A DNA stretch of 63,361 nt, filler included, from Lenisia limosa (GCA_001655205.1; 12 parts of 12 records of this genome joined end to end with filler, not necessarily neighbours in it); one strand, 5' to 3'; counted from the first letter of the whole stretch, positions 49,197-61,425 are shown. Notes: generated from the letters alone by a model not told the origin. A program made the numbers and translations.

Positions 49197-52100
49197 GAAA
49201 CCCTGGCAGGCTACACGGAAGTGGATGAGCAATGGAAGCGATGCTCCCTCACGCTCATACCTGATCGACACACTCACATCTTCCCATGGGAATGGTAGGC
49301 TACAATAAATGAGCCATAAATAATGGACATTAAAATCAAGGGAACAAATAAATATAGGGATACCATAGCACTAAAACTAACGTTTTGTGTTCAAGAACAA
49401 GAAATCTCAAAAATACGGATATTGCTCAAAATTTGAGAATTCGATCCCCCGCAATTTGACATAGTGTTAACTTCGTTGGGGTGAATGAATCAAAAAGTAT
49501 NNNNNNNNNNNNNNNNNNNNNNNNNNNNNNNNNNNNNNNNNNNNNNNNNNNNNNNNNNNNNNNNNNNNNNNNNNNNNNNNNNNNNNNNNNNNNNNNNNNN
49601 NNNNNNNNNNNNNNNNNNNNNNNNNNNNNNNNNNNNNNNNNNNNNNNNNNNNNNNNNNTGGGCTTTATTATTGCATAATATTTCCCGTTCCCTCATGTGT
49701 TTCTTGCCAACAGAGTTGATTTTGGTGCATAAAAATGTTCGCATTTTACCCTGCCCCCCTCCGCAGCCTTCCGACCAACTTCCAACATCCCCTGACCCGT
49801 CTCCCGGCACTCTCTCTCCTCCCCTCTGTGGCAGTAAATTTCGGTATGCGGGAGAGAGGTTCGAAATACCCCTCCTCCATATATGATGAACTTGCCTGCT
49901 TGGCTTTATTATTTGTGTTTCGAACGACACGTGTCCCCTCTCCCTCAAATAAAATTTTTCATTTTCACCCCGCCTCCCCCCCTGGAGTGATGGGATGCGG
50001 TGTTGTAGAAGCGATTGGCCTGTGCTTTGTTTGTTAACCTCGTGTGTTGTGAGCCAACAGAGCTGATTTGGGCTTTTTGTTTCATTTTAGTGATGGGATG
50101 CGGTGCTGCAGAAGCGACTNNNNNNNNNNNNNNNNNNNNNNNNNNNNNNNNNNNNNNNNNNNNNNNNNNNNNNNNNNNNNNNNNNNNNNNNNNNNNNNNN
50201 NNNNNNNNNNNNNNNNNNNNNNNNNNNNNNNNNNNGAGTGGAGACCTCACGTCCACAGCCAAAACCATTCAGCCCGTAATTGATGAGCTCAAGTGGACAG
50301 GCGTCACCGGAAGTGCGTAGGATCGAACCATGATTACCTCTCTCTTTTTTTTTTCTCTCTCTCTCTCTCTTTCTCTCTTTTTCTCTTTTTCTCTCTTTCT
50401 CTCTCTTTCTCTCTCTTTCTCTCTCTTTCTCTCTCTTTCTCTCTCTTTCTCTCTCTTTCTTTCTCTAGCTCTCGCTCTTACTCTCTCACTCTTCATTGCT
50501 CTTAATTACTCCTTTCTCTATCTACTGTTGCATTTCATGGTGGTATTCAATTCAATTAGTATACAAGCGCATATCATATCTTTTTCCAAAATTTTCTCCG
50601 TTTCACTACTCACCCCTCTCCTCCCAGCCAGCTCCGTACTTTACATTGATTCTGTACTTTTTTTATTTTTTTGTTGCATAAATTGTCCAATTTTACCCCC
50701 CCCCCCCNNNNNNNNNNNNNNNNNNNNNNNNNNNNNNNNNNNNNNNNNNNNNNNNNNNNNNNNNNNNNNNNNNNCATACTCGATTTTAGCTTGTTTTGTT
50801 TCGTATATACATGTATGTACCACACTCCCCAGTCGGTTTGTGATTAGTACCTTTACGCCAATATTCATCGAAATTTTCTTCGTCTTACCCCCCCTGCCAG
50901 AAGTCCCCAGCCGCCAAGACTTCCTGAGTTTCCTGTCGGGGCCAATATTTGGCTATTTTGGCCATAGCGCCGGAGAAACCTTCGCCTCGGCCGATTCTAT
51001 TTCCCGGTACGCTGTAAAATATATAAAAAAGCAAAACAACAAAACTATAAAATATAAAACCAGCCTGATTTCATTGCTGGAGAATACTCCCCCGACATAT
51101 TGGAATATCTCGGTTGTTTTGTTGAAGTTTGAATTGACAAACTCATGGAACTGAAAGTTGAAAGGCGAAAGTCTGACGCTGAGGGATTGCGATTTCACTT
51201 CTGTCCGAAAAAAGACCAAATCGAAAACTATTATACCGGTCGCTTTCGGACCGGAGTGAATCTCTAAGAAGGATGCGGATTTCTTCTCCTTTTTTTCAAG
51301 GATTAGATCATAGATCCCAGTGACCTAGTGCTTCAATTCTCATTAAATTCTCGAAAAATATCGATATTTTACCCGTTTATGCTATTCTCTTTGAATTTCC
51401 CAAATCACCCATTCCCCTAACACAACCCAGCTTAGACGATTGTGCCGTCGCTCTTCTTATGGGTTGTTCTTCGGGTCTTCTCAAGGTTTGAGCTAGGCTC
51501 TTTTTCTTTTTTTTTGCTTCTTGATAATCACTTATAGATCCATAGTTTTATTGATAAATACACCTGTTAAGAGGCAAGAATGTGTATCGACTAATTGAAC
51601 AAATAATCTACTAATCTAATCTGTACACGCCAGAGATATTTTGGTTTAGAAGAGAGGTATTGAAAAGGCTAATACAAAAGTACACATCCCTGTACCCTCG
51701 TGTGTTGCCAGTCAACAGAGTTGATTTTGGGCTTCTTTTGTTTTTCTTTTTTTATAAGTATTTCCCTTTAACACTATGTCTGCCAACATACAGATTGTAA
51801 GGGCAATGTTGTTAGTTTTTTACGTTCTCTCCACCATTATCACCACCTTTGTTTCGGCTAATCTTTACCGCAAAATGGGTGGCCAGAACTGGCTAATCAA
51901 CATTGCCCTTACAATCTGTATGTTGACAGACATAGTGTTGATTTTAACAAAAGAAATAATACATCGATATGTACATTAAAAATCTTGGGAAACAAATAAA
52001 TACATTGGGATACCTAGGGCTTCACTTCGGTTCGAAAATAAGACTGAAATTCTCGAAAAGTCCTCGAAAACTATCGATATTTTCCCGAACCGAAGTGAAG

Positions 52101-53254
52101 CCTTTGATACAATACAGCTTTTTTTTTTTTTGAAAGAACAATGTATAATTACCCCCCCTCTCCAGAGCTACGGTCCCTTCGACGATCCTCACGGCCCGGT
52201 TTTAGCCTACCTCTCGGCCGGGGCGCCAGCAGTGGTGGCCACGCTCTGGGATGTGACGGATAAGGTCGGTTCGACCCTTGGAGAGTGTGAGTTTTTTAAA
52301 GATCGGTTCAGTGTACACCCCCCCCCCTGACCCCATCATAGGACGTAGACCGGTTCAGCGTTCGCCTACTTGCCGACTGGGCTGGAGGGTCTGGATGCTC
52401 AAGTTTACCTGGTGGGCCACCAACTTATAATATATCTGGGGGTTGGAAGATAAATAGTTTTCTGTATCCTCCATGTATCCTTCTTTGGGGTCTAGTTTAC
52501 CTAGTTTGGGGGGGGGGGGTCATGCTTGTTTATTTGTATGTATTTTTTAAAACAAAACAATGCANNNNNNNNNNNNNNNNNNNNNNNNNNNNNNNNNNNN
52601 NNNNNNNNNNNNNNNNNNNNNNNNNNNNNNNNNNNNNNNNNNNNNNNNNNNNNNNNNNNNNNNNNNNNNNNNNNNNNNNNNNNNNNNNNNNNNNNNNACT
52701 AGAACATGGGCTTTGTTTCAGCTCTTGGGTGTGTCCCAATGTTTAGCCAACAGAGATGATTCCGGAGTTCTTTATTTTTTTTGTTTTGTTTATTTCTCAC
52801 ATCCCCGTACGCTGGAGTGATGGGATGCTGTGCTACAGGAGCAACTGGCCTGGGCTTTGCTAGTTTTGTTGTTATCAGCCCTCGTGTGCTGTTGCCAACA
52901 GAGTTGATTTTGGGCTTTTTTTTGTTTCATCAATTTTCCAATGTCACTCTCCCCCCCCCCCCCNNNNNNNNNNNNNNNNNNNNNNNNNNNNNNNNNNNNN
53001 NNNNNNNNNNNNNNNNNNNNNNNNNNNNNNNNNNNNNNNNNNNNNNNNNNNNNNNNNNNNNNNNNNNNNNNNNNNNNNNNNNNNNNNNNNNNNNNNNNNN
53101 NNNNNTAGGTGCCGCACCGGTCGTCTACGGAGTTCCCGTTTTGGCAAGTGCGTCCGTTGTCAAGGCCGCCGCCCCTCGACCCGAACCTGCAGCCATGCTC
53201 GGCCCCAAGCCGAAGACACCATATAGTAGGAGGGAGGGGTATGTATATAATTAA
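49197..53254 (+). CDS. ESP1: Separase (peptidase C50), C-terminal catalytic region
   Basis: LIPDRHTHIFPWE, SGDLTSTAKT..KWTGVTG, FGYFGHSAGE (catalytic His), ALLMGCSSGLL (catalytic Cys), GAPAVVATLWDVTDK|DVDRF and GAAPVVYGVP. Confidence 0.92.
49978..50119 (+). repeat. Repeat family 1 copy plus the start of a second copy, in a separase intron
   Basis: ctggagtgatgggatgcggtgttgtagaagcg..aacctcgtgtgttgtgagccaacagagctgatttggg. Confidence 0.85.
50337..50490. repeat. CT-rich microsatellite (ctctctttct)n
   Basis: Directly visible; it generates the spurious SLSL and RERE ORFs. Confidence 0.95.
51794..51917 (+). pseudogene. Orphan TM9SF/EMP70-like exon inside a separase intron
   Basis: CAG|IVRAMLLVFYVLSTIITTFVSANLYRKMGGQNWLINIALTI|GTATGT resembles the TM9SF1/Phg1-type segment Y.L..I.GYVS..Y..MGG..W..NI.LT. 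Confidence 0.6.
52015..52102. mobile_element. MITE-like family 2 copy in a separase intron
   Basis: tagggcttcacttcggttcgaaaa...cgaaccgaagtgaagcc, one of the best-preserved copies. Confidence 0.85.
52706..52963 (+). repeat. Two tandem repeat family 1 copies in the last separase intron
   Basis: Near-full copy cgtacgctggagtgatgggatgc...caacagagttgattttgggc..caattttccaatgtcactctccccccc, preceded by a degraded copy. Confidence 0.85.
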
Positions 53255-53708
53255 ATGCATGGTATACTATGATATACTGTCAAATATATGTGTGATGTCT
53301 TATACAAGATATGATAGTATAATTACATTATGAGACTTACCTTACAATTTTAGTATTGCTTTACGATTTTAGACTTACCGCGTCCGAACAACGCTCCTCC
53401 CGCCTCCGCCATGCAACCAGCAAAATGTATGCTATTCCTGGTGCTGACTATGGGGCAAATTAGAGCTTCACTTTCGGTTCTAGAAGACGGGTAAACTTTC
53501 GATATTTCTCGAGGATTTATCCTTGTGAGGACCCATGTTGGTCCGGGGTACCAGTACTCATAGCATTTAGAAAAAACAAAGTTATTCTGTGTTAAGAATT
53601 CCATCTCTTGAGGGATATGACCGTTCCATCCACTCATCCCCTCTCCTCTCACACCTCTATTTCACGTATCCCCCCTCCCACTCACATTGTTTTTTTTTGT
53701 TTTGTTAC

Positions 53709-53771
53709 CTAGGCTTCACTTTGGTTCGAAAAAAGACTGAATTTCTCGATAAATCCTCGAAAACTATCGAT
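53709..53771. mobile_element. MITE-like family 2 copy truncated by the contig end
   Basis: taggcttcactttggttcgaaaaaagactgaatttctcgataaatcctcgaaaactatcgat; further degraded copies lie near 6286, 7363, 43745, 51190, 53461, 54894, 55940 and 56415. Confidence 0.8.
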
Positions 53772-54096
53772 NNNNNNNNNNNNNNNNNNNNNNNNNNNNN
53801 NNNNNNNNNNNNNNNTTAATTAATTAANNNNNNNNNNNNNNNNNNNNNNNNNNNNNNNNNNNNNNNNNNNNTTGAAGTTGGGGCAGGGAGGGAGGGGGTT
53901 AATGTCTGCTATATATTAGCTCAGGAAGGCATACCTACTTTTTCTCTCATTCCGGGAAAAGGGCTTCACAGCGCCACTCTCATTTTTTATTATTTTTATC
54001 ATCAAGTTATTTTATTGATCTCTTTGATAATCAAAGTGTTGTTTTTAATTGTCGAGTTGTTATAAATATTGAATGTGCCAAGTTGTTACTTTTTAG

Positions 54097-56174
54097 ATCC
54101 CACTGATCTGCGGTGGCTTCTCTTTTCACGGAACCGTGGTGGCTATACAAAACAACCAAGCCCGGGTTAGGACCTGGTGTTTTTTAGTCAAAAAAATAAG
54201 TTCATCTATCATATAGCTAGTACATATGATATAATAGTATGAAGAAATGAGAAAGAGTACCAGGCCGAAACCGTCCACACTTTCTTATTGTTTAAATACC
54301 ACTTATTGGGTCATTTTCACTCTTAAATCCTCGTGCTGTTTCTGTTTATTCCCTTGTGTCTTTCTTTTTAAAAGGGGGCTATAAGCAAATTATAAAGGAG
54401 CATAGTGTTTTTTTTTTACATAGTACTTTTTTTTTGTAAAAGAGCTTTTTTAAAATGCATTAGGTGAAGTTGAATGTACCCGATTGCTTCAAGTTTGATA
54501 TTCCTGAAAGGGTAAGAACCTGCTTTGTTTTTCATTACTTCAAAGTCATGTTTCCCTGTTTTTGTCATCATACTCCAGATCATCATTGGCCCAACAGTAC
54601 AATGTATCATTGGTAATAAACAGCTTTTACACTTCCTCTATCCCGGGGTTGAAGTTGCAGGAATCATGAAGAGTGACAAGTGAGAGGGATATCTTGATTT
54701 CCCCTGACTTATAATTTCCCACGTCTGGTTACTAATTTCCTTTTACTTGTTGAAACTATCAGGAACCGCATAATATAAACGTGATGATATTGCTCCTCTG
54801 TTTTTTTGTTTTTGTTTGTTTCGTTCAGCTAGATATGTTGGCGAAGAACTTGTTAGGGCTTCATTCCGCACAGGATAAATAATTAATTGCCTGGAAATCC
54901 TCGAAAACTATCAGTATTTCACGGTCTTTTTGGGACCGAAGTGAAGCCGTAGAACCTGTTATTAAGAAATCTAACAAAACTGACAGTTGCAGGAAAACAG
55001 TTCTTTGTTTGAGATACTTGACGCCTCAAGCAGAGAACGTTCCAACTGCCAAGGTNNNNNNNNNNNNNNNNNNNNNNNNNNNNNNNNNNNNNNNNNNNNN
55101 NNNNNNNNNNNNNNNNNNNNNNNNNNNNNNNNNNNNNNNNNGCTTTTGTAACTGCCAATATGGGGGAAATCTCATCTATGAATTCGCTGCAGCTTTGTAA
55201 TTTTGTCATAAAATTATCTCTCAATCGGATTTTTTTGATATGATACACTTCTAGCTCTTAAGGTGGTTCAGTCCTTTTTATTTGCAAGAAAAACATTAAT
55301 AAGTTAGCGTAAGTAATTATAATGACCTTCCGAGACCATTTATCAGGATAGTTATTCATATAACACTTTTCTATTCTAAAAGTGGGTTAAAATGGCCTGT
55401 GCATAACCGAGGTCAGGAGGCTAAAATTGCAATGCATAGACAATATGGCAGTTTTGTTCGTACATGTCATTTATTCCTCAACTATTATGTTTGAATACCA
55501 AAAAGGTGAAAAAGTGTTTTAGATGGAAAACTACACCGCGGAATAATCCAGTTACTCTTTCAGACAATCAGCCCCATCGTGACGCACATCATCTTCAATC
55601 GTCTTGCGGCTAAATTCACCGGCATCAATCTTGAAGACCACCTACCTGTTCCTGATCTCCTTGTAAGCTAAAATAGACGTCCAATCTCCTCATCCGCAGA
55701 TTATGTGTTTTGATTTTTTTGTAAACAAATTATGTGTTTTGATCTTTTTTTAAGCAGATTATGCGTTTTTTTACTTCTTACTCTGGGATTGTTTTCTTTT
55801 TTGTACGATTATAAGAGGTACTGGACTAGAGAAAAGTATTTATTCATTGAATACCGTGGTATGTCTTTACCGACAGAATCAGTTTTCTTCGGAATAATCG
55901 GTCAAGACTTACCACGATATGATATTGAACAACCACTAGTGGGTTTCACTTCTGTCCGAAGAAGATCGGTAAGTTATCGATAATTTCCGGGGATATATAT
56001 GTCGAGCATTTCAGTCTTTTTTTGTTAACTGAAATGCTAATGTTCACCTGACCAAGATCAATGACTTCCATGACCACATGACTGTGGAAATGTTGAAGAA
56101 AGCCCTCTTAAGTTGGTCTTTCGTATTCCAAAAAGACTCGAAAATCAACCTGAAGAAGGAGGAGAATGGGAAGA
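54097..56174 (+). CDS. Exon fragments of an unidentified protein
   Basis: Several GT-AG-bounded coding-like blocks (e.g. GKLHRGIIQLLFQTISPIVTHIIFNRLAAKFTGINLEDHLPVPDLL; INDFHDHMTVEMLKKALLSW). Confidence 0.3.
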
Positions 56175-56789
56175 NNNNNNNNNNNNNNNNNNNNNNNNNN
56201 NNNNNNNNNNNNNNNNNNTTAATTAATTAANNNNNNNNNNNNNNNNNNNNNNNNNNNNNNNNNNNNNNNNNNNNCCCCCCCCCCCCCTCCGTCAATCGCA
56301 AAAGGCAAAAGTTATGAGACATCAATATAATATTCCTCAAATCTTTGTTGCACTGAGTAATCGTCGGGGAGCTGAATATGTACTATCTCATAACTAGGGG
56401 TTCCCCGTTCCCAATAAAACCAAATTTCTTGATAAATCCTCGAATATCTATATTTGTAAACGGTCTTTTTAAGACCGTAAGGAAGTCCTACTCATAACCC
56501 TTTATGCAGATCCCATGTTTAAGGCACTCCTTTCTCCTTCTCAGCCACCCAGTCAATGCAATGGGATGATAATTTCACTCCTCTGATTCAAATATAAATC
56601 TACAAAGGCAAAACATTAAATAATTCCATAATTTACAGTTAAAACATTTCCTTATTAGGTAAGTTGGTAGTGACAAGGGGCATGGGTCTGCCTCCTGATG
56701 AGGATCCTCCAGTGTCATAATAGCCTAATTTGTTAAGAGCGAGGAGAAAAGAGCAGTAGGAAATCTGTGGAGGACGTGTCAGAAGACTG

Positions 56790-57013
56790 GTTTATGAGGG
56801 AGGGGATTGGAAAATTTATGAAACAACAAAGCCCAAAATCAACTCTGTTGACAACACACGAGGGTTGATAACAAAACAAAGTCGCTTCTGCAGCACTCCA
56901 AGGAGTAAAAATGAAGCGAGGAGAAAAGAGAAAAATGAACAAAAAAAAAGCCCGAAATTAACCCTTTTGGCTGAAACAGACGAGTGTTGATAACAACAAA
57001 ACAAAAAGCCCAG
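56790..57013 (-). repeat. Two repeat family 1 copies (minus strand)
   Basis: aaagcccaaaatcaactctgttgacaacacacgagggttgataacaaaacaaa and a second degraded unit; on the minus strand the array runs into a CCAG acceptor-like site. Confidence 0.8.
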
Positions 57014-57849
57014 NNNNNNNNNNNNNNNNNNNNNNNNNNNNNNNNNNNNNNNNNNNNNNNNNNNNNNNNNNNNNNNNNNNNNNNNNNNNNNNNNNNNNNN
57101 NNNNNNNNNNNNNNNNNNNNNNNNNNNNNNCGAAAAGCTGCGAACAAATCACAGGGTGGACATCTTCCATAAAATGTTTCTCCGCAGACGCCAAAGAAAC
57201 AGCAAGCTCTGACGACAGATTCTCCAAGGATTTGGCCTGGTTAAATTATTGTCAAAATAAGAGTTTAATAACGGGATTATATTGGGTGTTTAAAATGTAC
57301 ATATCGATAATATGTTTGAATTGGTATTATTAAGAGATTTATGTCTAAATAAGTGTTAAATTCAAGTTGTGTTAACACACAAAGAGATTCTTCAGCCCCA
57401 CCCCCCATGTAATNNNNNNNNNNNNNNNNNNNNNNNNNNNNNNNNNNNNNNNNNNNNTTAATTAATTAANNNNNNNNNNNNNNNNNNNNNNNNNNNNNNN
57501 NNNNNNNNNNNNNCAGGACGCTACTGGTGCTGTCACAAGCCCACATCGGATGAACTAGGCCAATTAAAGCTCTGCTTCAACAATCCACAGTCGCTCATTT
57601 TCCAAGATGAGTCCATCTGGCGACATTTCCATAAACTGCTGGTGGTCCCAGGATTGCTACTGGCTGTCACAAGCCCACATCGGATGAACTAGGCCAATTA
57701 AAGCTCTGCCAAAAGAAAAAAAATAAATATTCAAAATTTATGATACATGTTCAAAAAATGATCAAAACAGATGACGTATAACAAATTAAGGAGAAAGAAT
57801 GTGGTTACTTGGTCGGTTCCTGAGGATAACAGCAAGTTTTGTCCCTGAT

Positions 57850-58185
57850 ATTTTGCGAGTTTCTGCCTTTACTTTAGTTGAAGAACGAAAGAAAATCCAC
57901 GCTGCCATGGCAAAGGCCAGGTCAATGCCAAATGGAATTTACCACCCATACAATGCGTCTCCTCGTGATATTGCCGATATCAAACGTCGAAAGACCAACC
58001 TCGATAAGGTTCTTCAAAAAACCAAGGGTACAAAGCCTCCACCTGACGCAACTGCTTCTTTCTCTACGCACCAAATCACAATTTGACAAAGATGCCATTC
58101 TGAAGCATGGAACAGATAATGAGCCAAACGCTCTGTTCACTTTTATCACCAAGTTTATAAAGGCCGCATTCCTTTCTGCAAAGGT
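57850..58185 (+). pseudogene. Possible YqaJ/lambda-exonuclease-like fragment (frameshifted), perhaps transposon-derived
   Basis: IADIKRRKTNLDKVL followed in another frame by AILKHGTDNEPNAL, reminiscent of the A..HG..NE..A motif. The catalytic SPDG motif is not seen. Confidence 0.3.
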
Positions 58186-58229
58186 GAGCAGTACTGAACA
58201 TGTTATCTACATTTTGTCATACTCATTCA

Positions 58230-59500
58230 TTGATTTTTAACATTCTTGTACATGATCAGGGTTGCGAATGGGCGTCGCGTCGGTTCAGGAGCCAGAGAAA
58301 GAGGTGGCTTCGGCGCCGGCGGGGAAGAAACGATGTTGGTGATAATACGAGGATCGCCAAAACCAGGGGGGAGGTCATCTTCATCTTCATCATCATCTTC
58401 ATTGGAATCTGAATGGTCATCGCAACTTGGTTCTTCTTGACAAATAGTGGGTACGCTTGACGGGGGTGGTGACGGTAGCAGCCGAAGAGGACAGTCAGGT
58501 AACACCAAATTTTGGAGACACTATAAAGAGATAAATATATGATATCATATATTATGTATACGACAAGACCCTGTGCCAAAATTCAAATATCAAAAAAAAC
58601 ATACTATTATATACTACTAGTATATAGTATATCATATCGTATGAAATATGACATATCATATAGTATATTATACTATATGGTAAATATATGTCAAAATGGT
58701 AAACGAAACTAAACCAACCAAAATGCGGAGAAGCGCACAGATGCATCGAGAAACCTGGATACATTTTGAAAGATGAAACCTGAAGATATTAAAAAAAAAA
58801 CATGTTAATGAAGAGCGATCTGTTTCTCGCCTACTCTCAGAGGAGGATTCCATGCCCTTCAAGCGATCATGAGAGCGTTTTTGTCCGCTTCATCTTTAGT
58901 TATCAGGAGTTAACGGGCAATATCTTGGGAAAACTCAATTGTTTCATCTGAAAGGTGAGATGATATACTATGTTGTATTTGATATATATATTACATGATT
59001 TCTATAACAAACAACATAAGATGTAAATCAAATACTATATCAAACAACATGAATAGGAACCGATGTTGAATGAGACACGTCGCTAACCATCAGCACCAGA
59101 AGCTTCGTTAAGGATTGGAAGCAGAGCGTCAACAGACTTGACCAAGAAGTCAAATTCCAAAGAGTGGGTACGGAAGTCGACGTGCTCCTAATAAGAACTA
59201 TCATCGCACGATTCCATGAAGAAAAAAATAGGGATAGCAGTCAAATTAATTTTATAACACACCAACAAACCTGGAGACCACAGACGTCCTTTAATTGGTG
59301 CTCCGAAGAGTTGCCGTAGTCAGGGTTTCCCGTGTACTCGTCTTGGGCAAGGAAAAATGACTGCAGAACAACCTTGGCATTGGTAATATCTTTTGACGAG
59401 ACCAGTGCACCATTAATGATGTCATCATGGAGGCGTGAGAGTGAGACGAACATAGAGTCAATTTTTGCAAATCCTAAAAAATTACTGGATATCTTGATGA
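58230..59500 (-). CDS. Exon fragments of an unidentified, possibly degraded protein
   Basis: In-phase exons ..QSFFLAQDEYTGNPDYG..VCGLQ|EHVDFRTHSLEFDFLVKSVDALLP and an acidic, Pro-rich block. I could not keep one open frame throughout. Confidence 0.3.
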
Positions 59501-59864
59501 TTATTACCTGGTATCTGCCGTCCAAGTAACACTGTATGATATATATCACTATTTACACAGTATATATGATATCATATATCATATATAATGAGGACAGATT
59601 TTTTACCTTGGGTTATGCATATTATGATGAGTAAATTTGAGCATNNNNNNNNNNNNNNNNNNNNNNNNNNNNNNNNNNNNNNNNNNNNTTAATTAATTAA
59701 NNNNNNNNNNNNNNNNNNNNNNNNNNNNNNNNNNNNNNNNNNNNCTGTTGGCTGACAACACACGAGGGTTGAAAAACGGCTGTACAATATGAATTACCAT
59801 ATATGGTAACTGACTTAGTAACTGCAGTTTATGGTTATTGCCTTATTTGGCAATTCCACACACC

Positions 59865-61425
59865 TGGCGATCAGCAGTCGTATTGGCCGTAGTGATTGCA
59901 GCGGCATTGTTGTCGTCTAACTGCGTTTTCAGCCGGATGGATTCCTCCTGAAGGGTCAGGGGTGGTGGATTTGTCTAAGGTACCATTACGAACCAAATAA
60001 TCTGAAAGCATTTTTTGCAAATTATTCCAACGTCCAACTCTGCATTTTTAGCAAAAATGTAACATGTTAACTTGCTCCTGCCCAAGGTTAGTTCTTTTCT
60101 TTTGTTGTCTTCACTAATTAATTTCCAACCAGAAACAAAAGTGATGGTATATAAAGCTATTGCCTTCTCATTTCTTTACGTTTCAGTTTTCTCTGATTGA
60201 AAGCTATTAACTGTTTGGAAATTGCAAATCCTCCTCCCACACCACGCTATCATGGAGAGCTTATACAGGCTGTCGTATCAGGCAGCAGTTCTTGGTACGT
60301 TTTTTGTTTTATTCTCTGTTGAANNNNNNNNNNNNNNNNNNNNNNNNNNNNNNNNNNNNNNNNNNNNNNNNNNNNNNNNNNNNNNNNNNNNNNNNGAGTT
60401 AATGGGTAGTAAAATGTCATTTGTATCATACTCGTTTTTTGAACGTTTTGTTTTGGGCGCAACACCTCATTACACCTTTGATAAAGCACTTTTGTGACAT
60501 TGATTTAGAAGCATTATCGACAGCCCCCAATCTCCGCATATCCCTCCCATTTCATTGCGAAGGTTTGATAAAAAGCGATAAGACGACTTATGGAACTAAA
60601 AGGAAGCATTGGGGGTTTTCTCATTATTTTTTTCAACACTTTCTAAAACAATAGTTGTTTTTAAATTTTGAGTTTTACATACAATCACGTTTATACCGAA
60701 CATGGTTGAACCATTATGGTCCTGAAGAAAACTGTTAAAACAATAGAATAATAATAATACAAGATTGTCCAACAAAACGCGATACCAACATAACGATAAA
60801 CCCACAAACACACAGTATCCTCCTGCCCAAGAGTAAAACCAATTATCACCACCACCTTAACACTTCCCCCCCCCCCACCNNNNNNNNNNNNNNNNNNNNN
60901 NNNNNNNNNNNNNNNNNNNNNNNNNNNNNNNNNNNNNNNNNNNNNNNNNNNNNNNNNNNNNNNNNNNNNNNNNNNNNNNNNNNNNNNNNGGTCTTGGTTG
61001 ATTTCTCGCAGCTCAATAACTTCAACTTCTGCAAGGCCGTGAGTAATAAGGGATTGGTAGTGGATTAGAGTATAATGCCAACTAAACCATTTTTAATAAC
61101 AAATGGATTTAGTACCAGAACGGCCATATACACGTACATCCTTTTTTATATGATACTGTATGATATACAGTGTATATGTTATGAAAAACTTAGATATAGA
61201 TTCTATAGCACATGTGCACATACATATGATACAATGACGATGATGGTTTGTATTAGAAACAATATGCCACACATCATAAGCAAATACTAACAAAGAAATG
61301 TGTGCCAAATATACCCAGTTCAGCCGCCTGGTCGGCCGCACTTGAGGCATCCTGAGCCAGAACGGACTTGGCCGCCGCCAGACCTGCTACGTCCTCAGAC
61401 TGCTTACGGAGGTCAGCCTTATAGG
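59865..61425 (-). CDS. Exons of an unidentified coiled-coil protein
   Basis: KADLRKQSEDVAGLAAAKSVLAQDASSAADQAAEL|EVEVIELREINQD and EESIRLKTQLDDNNAAA, with GT-AG boundaries. Confidence 0.45.

Noticed and set aside
50269-51154. Long ORFs rich in SL or RE repeats, including the 274-aa ORF
   Set aside because: They are translations of a CT microsatellite and intron sequence; only the embedded separase exon is real.
56690-56760. Hammerhead ribozyme at CTGATGAG
   Set aside because: There is no stem II followed by GAAA and no matching stems I and III.
58200-58440. Arg-rich and poly-Ser plus-strand ORFs
   Set aside because: They are antisense shadows of an acidic, Pro-rich exon on the minus strand.
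58860-58950. In-frame TAA/TGA suggesting stop-codon reassignment
   Set aside because: All well-identified genes in the window read through without internal stops and end in TAA, TAG or TGA. Local degradation or unresolved splicing is the simpler explanation.
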